From an uncultured Acidimicrobiia bacterium (GTDB lineage: Bacteria > Actinomycetota > Acidimicrobiia > Spongiisociales > ZC4RG35), in assembly GCA_963761985.1 (NCBI GenBank), contig CAVXIT010000003.1, forward strand, positions 204,105 through 268,104: 64,000 nucleotides of DNA. The letters are read 5' to 3'. Shown here piece after piece: positions 18,995-29,888 of this stretch. The position numbers and the translations under genes were made by a program. The notes below the pieces were generated by a model. The model was not told the DNA's origin. It saw nothing but the letters and a program-made list of their open reading frames with translations, and searched no databases. Within the stretch, counting starts at the first letter, position 1. Each line of letters opens with the position of its first letter.

Positions 18995-20302
18995 CTGGGT
19001 CGTACTTGGGGCTCGTCGATTCGCTCGATGATGAGCGGAGGAACCTCGGGCTGATGCTCGCTGATCTCGATCGCCCCGTCGAGGACGCGCAGCGCTTCTT
19101 CCAAGCGGGCGGGGTGGCGGTAGTGGAGCGTGAGGAGCGGTTGATCTTTTGCGACCTTCGCACCGGGCTTGACGTGGAGGGTGATTCCCACCGCCGGGTC
19201 GATTGTGTCCTCCTTGCGTTCGCGGCCGGCGCCCAGTCGCATCGCGGCCACGCCTACTTTGTAGGCGTCGAGGGTGCTCAGGTAGCCGGCAGCTTCGGCC
19301 GCTACTTCGGCTTGATGCGGTGCGCGAGGGAGGACCACCTCAGGATCCTCGATGACGCGGCGATCGCCGCCTTGGGCTTCGACGACTTTTCCGAAGAGCT
19401 CCAACGCGGTGCCGTCGTCGATTGTCTTGGCTAGCAACCCGGGATCTAGCTCCGCCACCGCCAGCATCTCTTCTCCCAAGGCGATGGTGACCTCGAGCAG
19501 ATCGGCGGGTCCCTCGCCGCGCAACAAGGCGACCGACTCTTTGATCTCGTTGGCGTTTCCGACTTCGTTCCCGAGCGGCGTGTCCATCCGTGTCAGCAGC
19601 GCGACGGTCTTGACGTCGTAGGACTGGCCGATCCCGACCATCGTGCGAGCGAGCTCGCGGGCGCGTTCCAAGTCCTTCATGAACGCGCCGGACCCGATCT
19701 TCACGTCAAGCACCAGACCGTCGAGATCCTCGGCCAGCTTCTTCGACATGATCGACGAAGAAATCAGTGGAATCGACTCGACCGTTCCGGTGGCGTCGCG
19801 CAGCCCGTAGAGCTTGCGATCGGCCGGCACGAGAGTTTCCGACTGCCCGGCGAGGACGATCCCGCAGTGGGTCAAGACCTCCCGAAATCGGTCGGGGTCG
19901 AGTGCGGTCGTGAACCCGGGAATCGATTCGAGCTTGTCGAGAGTGCCCCCAGTGTGACCCAGCCCGCGGCCCGACATCATCGGAATCGCGACTCCACACG
20001 CCCCGACCATCGGCGCCAGCGGGATCGAGACCTTGTCGCCCACGCCGCCAGTCGAGTGCTTGTCGACCTTCGGACGATCGATGTCGGAAAAGTCGAGAAC
20101 CTCGCCCGAACGAAGCATCGCCCCCGTCCAGGCCGCCAGCTCTTCGTGGTCGAGCCCGTTCAGGAATACGGCCATGGCCATCGCCGCCATCTGGTAGTCG
20201 GTCACTTTGCCGCTGGTGTACGAGTCGATCAGCCAGGCGATCTCGTCAGGCGGCCAGCACCAGGTGGTCGCGTTTGCGCTGGATCAGCTCGACCGCGTTC
20301 AT
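18991..20302 (-). CDS. deoA: Thymidine/pyrimidine-nucleoside phosphorylase. The N-terminal 17 codons (MNAVELIQRKRDH…) are in another frame, with an apparent 1-nt insertion near 20250-20255. The ATG 20302 overlaps the deoB stop (ATGA).
   Basis: …DEIAWLIDSYTSGKVTDYQMAAMAMAV…HSTGGVGDK…SGRGLGHTGGTLDKLE…. Confidence 0.85.
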
Positions 20303-21468
20303 CGAACGCTCGAATAGAACGACACTCCTCGGGAGGGAGCGGGCAGATCCAGGCCTTCCGCAATGGTCGCGGCGACATCGCTGTATTGCTCCCGTGTCCC
20401 CAGGTTGACGCCGGCCGAGTTCATCCCACCGACCAGCAAGGGGACGTATTCGCGAGTGTGATCGGTGGATCCATCGGTGGGATCGTTGCCATGGTCTGCT
20501 GACAGAAAGAGAAGGTCTTCCGGCCGGAGGCCGTCGAGCAACGCCGGAATGAAAGAGTCGATCAGCTTCAAGCCGGCCGCATATCCGTCCGGGTTCTCGC
20601 GGTGGCCGTAGGTCATGTCGAGATCAACCAGGTTGGTGAAAATGATCCCCCGCTCCTGGCGGGTGAGAACTGCCTCCACCGTTTTGTTGAGCCCGTCTTC
20701 ATCGCCCTCGGTGTGCACAGCTTCGGTCAAACCCTGTCCGGCGAAAAGGTCTTCGATTTTGCCGATCCCGTAAACGGATAGTCCCGCTTCCTTCGCATGG
20801 TCGAGGATGGTGGGCCCACCGGGCTTGAGGGCAAAGTCGCGCCGGTCATACGTGCGCCGAAAGCTCCCGGGCTCGCCGGTGAAAGGACGGGCGATGACCC
20901 GGCCGATCTGATACCGATCGCAGTGCTTGCGGGCGATCTCACAGAGCCGGTAGAGGTCGCCCAACGCGATGACATCGTTGTGGGCGGCGATCTGAAAAAC
21001 CGAATCGGCCGAGGTGTAAAGGATGGGTTTGCCCGTCTCGAGGTGTTCTTGGCCGAGTTCGTCGAGGATGACCGTTCCAGAGGCGGCGTAGTTACCGATG
21101 AACTCGAAACCGGACTCTTGCTCGATCGGCTCGACAAGGTCATCGGGGAAGCCGGTCTCGGTGAAGGTCGCCTGGGGTTGTGTGGTGATGAGTCCGGCGA
21201 TCTCCCAGTGGCCGGTCGTGGAGTCCTTTCCTGCCGAGGCTTCGGTCAGGCGGCCATAGGCCATCGACGGTTCGGCGACAGACTCCACGCCGAGGAGATC
21301 GCCATGGAGGTTTCCCAGGCCGGCTTTTTCCAGGTTGGGGAGATGGAGACCACCAACCGCCCGGCTTGTGTGGCCCAGAGTGTCCGAGCCCTCATCGCCG
21401 TACTCGCCCGCATCGGGCGCGGCCCCGACACCGACCGAATCCATCATCACCACGATTGCGCGCTTCAC
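20299..21468 (-). CDS. deoB: Phosphopentomutase
   Basis: GTG start giving MKRAIVVMMDSVGVGAAPDA… The full-length ORF; the upstream in-frame extension is non-coding-like. Confidence 0.85.
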   Translation of the reverse strand: MKRAIVVMMDSVGVGAAPDAGEYGDEGSDTLGHTSRAVGGLHLPNLEKAGLGNLHGDLLGVESVAEPSMAYGRLTEASAGKDSTTGHWEIAGLITTQPQATFTETGFPDDLVEPIEQESGFEFIGNYAASGTVILDELGQEHLETGKPILYTSADSVFQIAAHNDVIALGDLYRLCEIARKHCDRYQIGRVIARPFTGEPGSFRRTYDRRDFALKPGGPTILDHAKEAGLSVYGIGKIEDLFAGQGLTEAVHTEGDEDGLNKTVEAVLTRQERGIIFTNLVDLDMTYGHRENPDGYAAGLKLIDSFIPALLDGLRPEDLLFLSADHGNDPTDGSTDHTREYVPLLVGGMNSAGVNLGTREQYSDVAATIAEGLDLPAPSRGVSFYSSVR

Positions 21469-21552
21469 GGTTTGACCAGTGACATTGGGCGAGTATGGCG
21501 GCAGCTTCCGCCGTGTGCCCGGGGCGATAACCTCGCCGCTGGAGGTGTGGAC

Positions 21553-22758
21553 ATGACCAAGAAGAAGTCGATCGAGGTTTCGGGACTCGTGCAGGCAGAG
21601 CCTGCTGAGGTCTATCGGATGTTCACCAACTCGACGCATCTCCGCGAATGGCTGGCCGATACCGCCCTCGCCAAGGCCCATGAGGGTGGGCCGTTATATC
21701 TCGAGTGGAACGATGGCAATGCGGCAACCGGTTCGTTCACCATGCTGGAGCCGGACAAGAAAGTGTCTTTCACGTGGCGGGGATCGGGGGAAGACGACTA
21801 CACCGATGTCGAGGTCGAGCTGACTCCCAGCGGCGCCGGCACCGAGGTGGTCGTGCGGCATTTCGGGTTCGGCAAGGGCAAGAAGTGGAAGCGGGCCCGG
21901 AAGGTTGCGCATAAGGCGTGGACGTCGTCTCTCGAGAATCTTGCCTCGGTGATCAGCACGGGGGAAGACCTTCGTTTTACCCGCAGGCCGATGCTGGGGG
22001 TGATGGTCGAGCGCGAAGTCGATGACGAGCGTGCGGCCGAGCTCGGGATTCCAATTCCTCATGGTGTCGAGCTCTCAGGAGTGGTCCCAGCGATGGGCGC
22101 GGAGGCGGTCGGACTCAAGGCGCACGACGTCATCGTCGCCCTGGCGGGGACCGATGTCCTTGGATGGACTTCTCTTACCGCGGCACTCCAACCTCACCAG
22201 GCAGGTGACAAGGTGCCGGTGGTCTTCTACCGGGACGGTGCCGAGGAAAAAGTCGAAATGGAGCTCTCGGCGCGGCCCATGCCGGACATCCCAACGACGG
22301 CATCGGAGCTGGCCGGTTTCTTGCGGAAGATGTACGCCGAGTTCGATGCCGAACTGGCCGCCTGTTTCGAAGGAATCTCAGAGGACGTAGCAGGACGCAA
22401 GCCGGCCGCCGATGAATGGAGCGCCAAGGAAGTCGTGGCCCATCTGCTCGATGAAGAAGGCGACAGCCATGCGGAGATAATCGATTTGGTCAAGGGTGGG
22501 GAGCGGTTCTCGGACGCATCTTTCAGCAACTCCGATTTACGTGTCGCGGTGACCGCGTGGTCATACCCGACGGTTGCAGAGATGCTCGAAGCGCTCCGAC
22601 ACACAGAAGAGCAGACGGTATCGATCGTCGAACAGCTTCCCCCCGAGTTCGTTGCGCGCAAGAGCAGTTTTTGGCGGCTGGCCTACAACTTCACCCAAAC
22701 GCCTGACCACAACAACGAGCACCTCGAGCAGATCCGGGCGGCGCTGGCGGTTACGTAA
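21553..22758 (+). CDS. Tri-domain protein: N-terminal SRPBCC/AHSA1-like, central PDZ, C-terminal DinB_2/DinB-YfiT-like
   Basis: GGAGG 6 nt upstream of the ATG. N-terminus EVYRMFTNSTHLREW…VSFTW; PDZ GVELSGVVPAMGAEAVGLKAHDVIVALAG; C-terminus …WSAKEVVAHLLDEE… A single uninterrupted frame. Confidence 0.7.
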   Translation: MTKKKSIEVSGLVQAEPAEVYRMFTNSTHLREWLADTALAKAHEGGPLYLEWNDGNAATGSFTMLEPDKKVSFTWRGSGEDDYTDVEVELTPSGAGTEVVVRHFGFGKGKKWKRARKVAHKAWTSSLENLASVISTGEDLRFTRRPMLGVMVEREVDDERAAELGIPIPHGVELSGVVPAMGAEAVGLKAHDVIVALAGTDVLGWTSLTAALQPHQAGDKVPVVFYRDGAEEKVEMELSARPMPDIPTTASELAGFLRKMYAEFDAELAACFEGISEDVAGRKPAADEWSAKEVVAHLLDEEGDSHAEIIDLVKGGERFSDASFSNSDLRVAVTAWSYPTVAEMLEALRHTEEQTVSIVEQLPPEFVARKSSFWRLAYNFTQTPDHNNEHLEQIRAALAVT

Positions 22759-23071
22759 GCACTATTCCTTCTGCTCGTAACCGAGCGGCCTGCTCGTCGG
22801 CATGGGGTGAGACGAGCTTTCCACCATGGCCGACCACTCGCCACCACGGCACGTCCTCGCCAGTGATACTCAGTATGCGTCCGACCCCGCGCGCTCTGCC
22901 CGGAAAGCCCGCCATCTCCGCCACTTCGCCATAGGTGTGGATCTCGCCCCAGCGGAGTGAGCGCAGGACCGAAAGCACCGACTCTTCGAACTCGCTCACC
23001 CTAAGTTCATCAGGCGGTGCCGAAGAGGCGGTCTCCCATATCGCCGAGACCAGGTTGGATATAGAACGCAT
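22751..23071 (-). CDS. Alkyltransferase-like (ATL) protein of the MGMT/Ogt DNA-binding-domain family, with the active-site Cys replaced by Trp (PWWRVV). A GTG at 22999 is an alternative start that would avoid overlap with upp.
   Basis: …HTYGEVAEMAGFPGRARGVGRIL…DVPWWRVVGHGG…, the MGMT C-terminal fold with Cys replaced by Trp. Confidence 0.7.
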   Translation of the reverse strand: MRSISNLVSAIWETASSAPPDELRVSEFEESVLSVLRSLRWGEIHTYGEVAEMAGFPGRARGVGRILSITGEDVPWWRVVGHGGKLVSPHADEQAARLRAEGIVLT

Positions 23072-23630
23072 CGCTCAGGCTGCGATCGAGCGCCGCGGTG
23101 ACGACCCGAACATCGGGATGGCGCTCCTCCATCACTTCGATGCCGGCCGGTGCCGAGACCACGCAAACCGCGGTGATGTCGGTCGCGCCTTTGGCCTTGA
23201 CCTGGTCGCACGCCCAGGCGAGCGAACCCCCGGTCGCCAGCATCGGCTCGAGGATGAGCACGCGCGCGTCGGCCATGGGCGGGAACTTCGTGTAGTACTC
23301 CATCGGCTCGGCGGTTTCCTCGTTGCGCTGGACACCGGCGTAACCGATGCGCGCGTCGGGAATGAGATCGAGGGCGGCATCGATCAGCCCCAAACCGGCG
23401 CGAAAAACAGCGACGACGACGATGGGCCGCCCGAGCGCGGAGCCTGTGGTCGGCTCGAGCGGAGTCTCGATCCGCTTTTCGATCTCCGGAAGATCTGAAG
23501 TCGCTTCCGCCACGAGCAGATAGGCGAGGCGGCGCGCCGTCTCCCGAAAATTCGGGGTGTTGGTCGACCGATCACGGAGAATCGTGAGGTAGTGGCGGCT
23601 GAGCGGATGGTCGAGGACGGTCAGCGGCAT
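23010..23630 (-). CDS. upp: Uracil phosphoribosyltransferase
   Basis: …ILRAGLG… PRPP-binding region VLILEPMLATGGS. Confidence 0.85.
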   Translation of the reverse strand: MPLTVLDHPLSRHYLTILRDRSTNTPNFRETARRLAYLLVAEATSDLPEIEKRIETPLEPTTGSALGRPIVVVAVFRAGLGLIDAALDLIPDARIGYAGVQRNEETAEPMEYYTKFPPMADARVLILEPMLATGGSLAWACDQVKAKGATDITAVCVVSAPAGIEVMEERHPDVRVVTAALDRSLSDAFYIQPGLGDMGDRLFGTA

Positions 23631-23668
23631 GGCCGACGAGCGTAGTTCGAGCGAATAGTCTGGGGCCT

Positions 23669-25669
23669 ATGGTCACCCAGGTCCTCGGAACGTGTCATCA
23701 CGACTGCCCGGACAGCTGTGGCTGGGTGGCGACCGTCGAGGACGGGGTCGCTATCAAGCTGCGCGGCAATCCTGATCATCCTTACAGCCGCGGAGAGCTC
23801 TGCCCGAAGGTCAATCGCTTTCTGGACCGGGTCTATCACCCCGACCGGTTGCTTTACCCGCTGATCAGAACGGGGCGCAAGGGCAGCGGCGAGTTCCGCC
23901 GGGCTTCTTGGGACGAGGCCCTGAACCTGGTGGCCGATCGGGTCGGCCAGATCGTGGCTGAGCACGGCGGCGAGGCCGTCTTCCCGTGGTGGGATGCGGG
24001 CACTCAGGGGTTGATCCAAATGAGCTCGCTCGATCGGCGCTTTTTCGCCAATCTCGGAGCCAGTCGATTGACCGGTTCGCTTTGCGGAGGAACGGCCAAA
24101 GCAGGTATGGCCTCAACCTATGGGTCAGGCCTAGGTGCCGACCCGACCGAGATTCGACATGCCCGTTACATCATTTTGTGGGCGACGAACACCCGCCTCA
24201 CCAACCGACACCTCTGGCCTTTCGTCGAAGAGGCGCGTAAGAACGGTGCCAAGGTCGTGGTGATCGACCCGATCAGGACCATGACCGCTGGCTCGGCCGA
24301 TTGGTTCCTCCAGCCGCTCCCCGGAACCGACATTGCGTTGATGCTGGCGATCATGAACGTGCTCATCCGCGACGACCTCATCGATCACGACTATGTGTCG
24401 AACCACGCGTCGGGTTTCGAAGAGCTAAAAGCGCATGTCGCCGATCGCACCCCGGCGTGGGCGTCGGAGATCTGTGGCCTCCCGGTCGAGGACATCGAGA
24501 CGCTGGCCCGCGAGTACGGAACGACGACGCCGAGCTTCATCCGAACCTTGATCGGTGCCGAGCATCGCGAACAAGGCGCAATGTTCTTCCGCACCCTGGC
24601 GATTCTGCCGGTGCTCACGGGTTCGTGGCGGCACCGGGGCGGAGGCCTGGCCCGTTCGGTTGGCTCCTGGGCGGACCCCCAGGTCAACGACTCAGCTTTC
24701 GACGTTGCCAGTGACAGCCGGGAAATCTCGATGAATCATCTCGGTCGATCTTTGCTGGAAGATGGCATCAAAGCGTTGTTTGTCTGGAACGGGAACCCGC
24801 TGGTGTCGGTACCGAGCGCTGACCTGACCCGGCGCGGCCTCGAGCGCGAGGATTTGTTCACCGTCGTAAGCGAGCAATTTCTCACCGACACTGCCCGCTA
24901 TGCCGACGTCGTCTTTCCGGCCACCACCGAACTCGAACATGTCGATGTGATCCCTTCTTGGGGTCATCTCTATCTCGGTTGGAACGAACCGGCCATCGCT
25001 CCATTGGGAGAGACGGTTCCCAACACCGAACTCTGGCGACGGCTGGCGAAGGCCATGGGCATGACCGACCCCGAGTTCGACATCGAAGACGAAGCGCTGA
25101 TTCGCATGGCTCTGGTCGACACCGACATCGAGGAGATGCGCACCAAGGGTTACGTCCGGCTCAACCTGCCTGAGGTCTTGATGCCATATGCCGAGGGCGG
25201 GTTCCGAACCGACGACGGCAAGGCGGCGCTCTACTCGGGGCAATTGGAGGCGGAAGGTCATGGCGGGCTTCCGGTGTTCCGCCCCTCAAAAGAAGGCGCG
25301 ACCAGCGAGGCGCGTGCGCAGTTCCCGCTGATGTTGATGACACCCAAGAACCATGTCCGTTTCCTCAACTCGTCCTACTCCCACCATCACGGAGAAAAGG
25401 AGGATGGCCCCTATTTCGAGATCGATCCCGCCGATGCTTCCACTCGCGGGATCGACGAGGGGGATTACGTCCGGGTTTGGAACGAGCGGGCGGAGTTGAC
25501 ATTGCGGGCCAAACTCAGCGACCGGTTGCGACCGGGTTTGGCGCTTATCCCCTGGGGTTGGTGGATGGACGCCGCCCACGCCAACGCCCTCACCAACGAC
25601 ACTTTGACCGACTGGGGCGGGGGAGTCGCTTACTCCGACACTCTGGTCGAGGCGGCCAAGGCGGACTAG
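23669..25669 (+). CDS. Molybdopterin-dependent oxidoreductase (bis-MGD family; an N-terminal 4Fe-4S C-x2-C-x3-C…C motif)
   Basis: CHHDCPDSCGW…C. Size about 666 aa. A C-terminal molydopterin dinucleotide-binding region. Confidence 0.75.
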   Translation: MVTQVLGTCHHDCPDSCGWVATVEDGVAIKLRGNPDHPYSRGELCPKVNRFLDRVYHPDRLLYPLIRTGRKGSGEFRRASWDEALNLVADRVGQIVAEHGGEAVFPWWDAGTQGLIQMSSLDRRFFANLGASRLTGSLCGGTAKAGMASTYGSGLGADPTEIRHARYIILWATNTRLTNRHLWPFVEEARKNGAKVVVIDPIRTMTAGSADWFLQPLPGTDIALMLAIMNVLIRDDLIDHDYVSNHASGFEELKAHVADRTPAWASEICGLPVEDIETLAREYGTTTPSFIRTLIGAEHREQGAMFFRTLAILPVLTGSWRHRGGGLARSVGSWADPQVNDSAFDVASDSREISMNHLGRSLLEDGIKALFVWNGNPLVSVPSADLTRRGLEREDLFTVVSEQFLTDTARYADVVFPATTELEHVDVIPSWGHLYLGWNEPAIAPLGETVPNTELWRRLAKAMGMTDPEFDIEDEALIRMALVDTDIEEMRTKGYVRLNLPEVLMPYAEGGFRTDDGKAALYSGQLEAEGHGGLPVFRPSKEGATSEARAQFPLMLMTPKNHVRFLNSSYSHHHGEKEDGPYFEIDPADASTRGIDEGDYVRVWNERAELTLRAKLSDRLRPGLALIPWGWWMDAAHANALTNDTLTDWGGGVAYSDTLVEAAKAD

Positions 25670-25728
25670 TCCCTCGTTCTGTGGGCTGGTAGCGGTGTAC
25701 AACACCCTTACCAACCCTGGGTTCGCAA

Positions 25729-28450
25729 TCAGCCGGTGTTGCGCATGCCGGCGGCGATCCCGTTGACGGTCAAGAAGCAGGGCACGTTGGAGCGTGTCAT
25801 TGGGATCCTGCTTGCGGCTTCTCTCCAGCAGCGAGATCTGGAGATAGTTGATCGGGTCGAGATAGATGTTGCGCACATCGAGGGTGCGGGCCAGCAACGG
25901 ATTCGAACCGAGGACTTCGCGGCCGGTGAGCTTGGTCACCTCAGTCACAGTCAATTCGTACTCAGCCTTGATGACGTCGAAGAGATGTCGGTGCTCGGCC
26001 GCCACCAGACGGTTGACATAGCGCTCGGCGATCGAGAGATCGGTCTTGGCCAGGGTCATCTCGACGTTGGCCAGAAACGTCTGCAGATAAAGGAAACGGT
26101 CGGCCATATCGGCCAAGGTGTCGCCATGCTTGGCGGCGGCCGCCGCCAAGCCGGTGCCAACCCCAAACCAGCCGGGGATGATCTGACGAGATTGGGTCCA
26201 GCCAAACACCCAGGGGATGGCGCGCAAATCGCTCAGACCGCCGCCGCCACCCGGACGGCGGGACGGACGGGAACCGAAGTTCATGGCTCCCAGCTCTTCG
26301 ACCGGGGTCGAGCTCAGGTAGTAGGGGATGAGATCGGGGTGATCAACCAACGACCGATAGCTTTGATAGGCCGCGTCGGAGAACGCTTCCATCGCCTCTG
26401 TCCAACGCTCGAGCACGTCTTTGGGTTGACGCGAAGTTCGATGCAGGAGGGACGCTTCGAGCACCGAGGCCAGGACGAGCTCGAGGTTGCGCGCCGCGAG
26501 TCGGGGGAGCCCGTATTTGTCAGAGATCACTTCCCCTTGCTCTGTGACCTTGATGGTGCCATCGACGGTTCCATAGGGTTGGGCGAGCACCGCAGTGTGC
26601 GACGGCCCACCGCCGCGCCCGATCGTGCCACCTCTGCCATGAAACAATCGAAGATGGACGCCGTGCTTTTCGGCCGCATTGCGCAAGAGACGCTGGGCCT
26701 TGTAGATCTCCCACTGCGAGGTGGTGATCCCACCTTCCTTGTTGGAATCGGAGTAGCCGAGCATCACTTCCTGGAGGTTCCCGCGTAGCTGGATGATCCG
26801 GCGGTAAGGACCGACACTCAGCAGCCGGTCGAGGAGTTCGCCCGCCTGTCGTAGCTCAGCGATCGTCTCGAACAGAGGGACGAAACTGATCCGGGCCAGG
26901 TCCTGGTCGAGGTCGACGAGCCCCGCTTCGCGCGCCAATACCGCGGCAGCGAGAACGTCGTCGACTCCCTGGGCCATGCTGATGATGTAGGACTCGATCA
27001 CCGGTCCAAACCGGTCGAGCGCTTCGCGAATGGTGACGAAGGTTTGCAAGGTGATAGCCGACTCGCCCTCGAGCGTGCTCACCGGAGCCGACAATGGTCG
27101 CGGGTTGGTCAACTCGGCCGCGAGCATCGTCTCGCGGGTGTCGCGGTCGGCCGAATAGGTGAGTCCGATGCGGGCGTAGAGGTCGGCAACGCATTCATGA
27201 AGTCGAGCGGAGTGCTGGCGGATGTCCAGCGTGGCGAGATGGAAACCGAAGGTCGACACCCGCCGGCGCAAACGGGCGAGAGCACCTTCGGCCATGAGCT
27301 CCCCGTCGTTGTCCCGCAACGACCTATCCATAAGCTCGAGCTCGTTCATTAGGTCGACAGGCAGCCGGTAGATCGGACCGGGCCGACCTCCTTGCAGGAT
27401 CGCCTGCCGGGTGTTGATCAGACGTTGATGAATAAAGGCGCACTTGAGCCGGTAGGGCTCGTTCGCATTCAGATCGCGAAATCGTTGCCAAACCGACGGA
27501 AGCTCTTGTTGGTCAACTCGGAGCGATTCTTCGAGTTCGCCGCCGATGGATTTGATCCGGGTCGAAACCGAGATCTCTTCGGCCAGCGCCTCCACTGCGA
27601 TGATCAGGTTGCGCAGGCCATGATCGTGGGCGAGCTCGAGGGTCGCCATGGTCACTTCCGGCGTCACCGCGGGGTTCCCGTCACGATCCCCGCCGACCCA
27701 TGTGCCGAACCGGATCGCCGGGCGATCCGACTGTGAATCCTTTTTGGCGCCGAGACGTTTGAGATTGAGTGCAATGTCCTCCCCGAGCTCGGGTAACACG
27801 CTCGTGAACAACTGGTCGAGATAGAAGATCACCGACTTGACCTCGTCATCGGGACTGGGTCGGGTCGCCCGCAGCTCGTCGGTCTGCCAAATCTGGTCGA
27901 TCAGCTCGGCGACGCGCCGATCGATCCTGGCGCGAGCGAGTTCGGAGGTGGTCGGTTCTAGTCGCTCGCCCAACAAGTCGGCGATGTAACGAAGCTTGGT
28001 GAGGATCGACCGGCGAGCGGCCTCGGTGGGGTGCGCGGTGAACACCGGGCGAACCTCGAGTCGGTCGACCATCGACTCGATCTCGCTGGGGTCGAGGTTG
28101 GCCTCGAGGATGCGATCGACGGTCGAGCCCAGGATGCGTTCGCTTTCGGCTAGTTCCTCAACTCGATGAGTCTGTTCGGCGACGTTGGCCAGGTAAAAGT
28201 AGGCGGAGAAAGCCCGGACGGCTTCGATCGTCGTGTCGAGATCGAGCCGGTCAAGCAAGACAGTGAGACGATCGTCGGCGGTGTCGTCGCCCGCCATACG
28301 GTTCGCCTTGGTCAACGCTCGAATCTCTTCGATCAGCTGGAGCAGGTCGGAGCCATGCTGGCGGGTCAGCGCTTGCCCTAGTTCGTTGCCGAGACGGCGT
28401 ATGTCGCTACGCAGCGCGTCGTCGCGAGTTTGCGGGCCAGAGCTCGACAT
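25729..28450 (-). CDS. ppc: Phosphoenolpyruvate carboxylase. The conserved C-terminus …ALLLTVNGIAAGMRNTG* sits in a different frame from the long ORF (25286..29173), with an apparent 1-nt insertion near 25773.
   Basis: MSSSGPQTRDD… from the ATG at 28450; …VFTAHPTEA…, …FHGRGGTIGRGGGP…, …GWTQSR…. Confidence 0.9.
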
Positions 28451-28480
28451 TGTCGAAGGGTAGGTACCCTCGTCCCGACC

Positions 28481-29884
28481 ATGTTCGAGGCGATCTCCGA
28501 GCGATTTGAAGGCATCTTCAACCGGCTGCGTGGTCGCGGGCGCCTTTCTGAAGCCGACGTCGATGCTGCGCTCCGGGAGGTTCGACTGGCGCTGCTCGAG
28601 GCGGACGTCAATGTCGGGGTTGTGCGCGACTTTCTGGAGCGGGTGCGGGCGCGCGCTGTCGGTTCGGAGGTCCATCAGAGCCTGACTCCGGGTCAGCAGG
28701 TGGTGAAGATCGTCCATGAGGAGCTCATCGCCACGCTCGGCCAGGCCAACGCTCCGCTGAAGTCGGCCGCGCCTCCGCTGACCATCCTCGTCGTCGGACT
28801 CCAGGGCTCCGGTAAAACCACGACCGCCGCCAAGCTCGCCAAGCATCTCAAGGCCAACGGCCGCCGGCCGCTCTTGGTCGCCGCCGACCTGCAGCGGCCC
28901 GCGGCCATCGAGCAGCTGCAGACCCTCGGGGAACGTATCGAGGTTCCGGTCTTTACCGAGCGCACCAGCCGTCCCCCCCGTCTGGTCAAGGCGGCGCTCA
29001 AAGAAGCGACTCGCCTGTCGCTCGACACCGTGATCATCGACACGGCCGGCCGCCTGCAAATCGACCGCGAGCTGATGCGAGAGCTCTCTGACATCAGTAA
29101 GGAAGCGAAGCCGCACGAGACCCTGTTGGTAGTCGACGCCATGACCGGCCAGGAAGCCGTCAACGTCGCCCAAGGTTTCAAGGACCAGGTCGACCTAACC
29201 GGGCTGATCCTCACCAAACTCGATGGCGACGCCCGCGGCGGAGCGGCAATCTCGGCCCGATCGGTCACCGGAGTGCCGATCAAATTCGCCGGTGTCGGTG
29301 AAGGTCTCGACGGACTCGAACCATTTCATCCCGAGCGGATGGCTGATCGCATCTTGGGCATGGGCGACGTCCTCACCCTCATTGAAAAGGCCGAGCAGAA
29401 CTTCGATCAGGTCGAGGCGGAAAAGGCTGCCGTCAAGATGCAGAAGGGCCAATTCACCCTGGAAGACTTCCTCGAGCAGTTCCAGGCGCTCAAGCGGATG
29501 GGGTCGCTAAAGGACGTGCTTGCTATGCTTCCCGGCGCCGGTTCCCTGCTCAAACAGGTCAACATCGAAGATCGCGACCTCGCCCGGGTGGAGGGAATTA
29601 TCCGCTCGATGACTCCCGAGGAACGCCGGAACCCAAAGCTGATTAGTGGCAGCCGCAAGCGTCGGATCGCGGCCGGTTCGGGGCGAACCCCGACCGACAT
29701 CAATCAGCTTCTAAAGCAATTCGGTGACGCGCAGCGAATGATGAAGATGATGGCCGGGGGGAAGGGAATGCCCAGCCTGGCCGGCCAAATGGGTGGACTC
29801 GCAGGGCTTCCGACCGGCCGACCTGGCCCCGGACGGGGCGGTGGGGCGAGACCAAAGGCCAAGAAGAAGGCAAAGAGAAGGTGA
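28481..29884 (+). CDS. ffh: Signal recognition particle protein Ffh
   Basis: [24 protein letters not shown]…[10 protein letters not shown]…DTAGR…, an M-domain and a basic C-terminal tail. Confidence 0.9.
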   Translation: MFEAISERFEGIFNRLRGRGRLSEADVDAALREVRLALLEADVNVGVVRDFLERVRARAVGSEVHQSLTPGQQVVKIVHEELIATLGQANAPLKSAAPPLTILVVGLQGSGKTTTAAKLAKHLKANGRRPLLVAADLQRPAAIEQLQTLGERIEVPVFTERTSRPPRLVKAALKEATRLSLDTVIIDTAGRLQIDRELMRELSDISKEAKPHETLLVVDAMTGQEAVNVAQGFKDQVDLTGLILTKLDGDARGGAAISARSVTGVPIKFAGVGEGLDGLEPFHPERMADRILGMGDVLTLIEKAEQNFDQVEAEKAAVKMQKGQFTLEDFLEQFQALKRMGSLKDVLAMLPGAGSLLKQVNIEDRDLARVEGIIRSMTPEERRNPKLISGSRKRRIAAGSGRTPTDINQLLKQFGDAQRMMKMMAGGKGMPSLAGQMGGLAGLPTGRPGPGRGGGARPKAKKKAKRR

Positions 29885-29888
29885 CTTG

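Noticed and set aside
21497-21512. GGCGG-N6-CCGCC inverted repeat in the deoB / tri-domain-gene divergent gap
   Set aside because: A short GC-only palindrome. These arise frequently by chance in roughly 68% GC DNA, and there is no flanking AT-rich promoter signature. Not enough to call an operator.
25670-25728. Possible bidirectional terminator between the convergent molybdoenzyme and ppc genes
   Set aside because: No convincing stem-loop with a flanking U-tract, only short imperfect self-complementarity.
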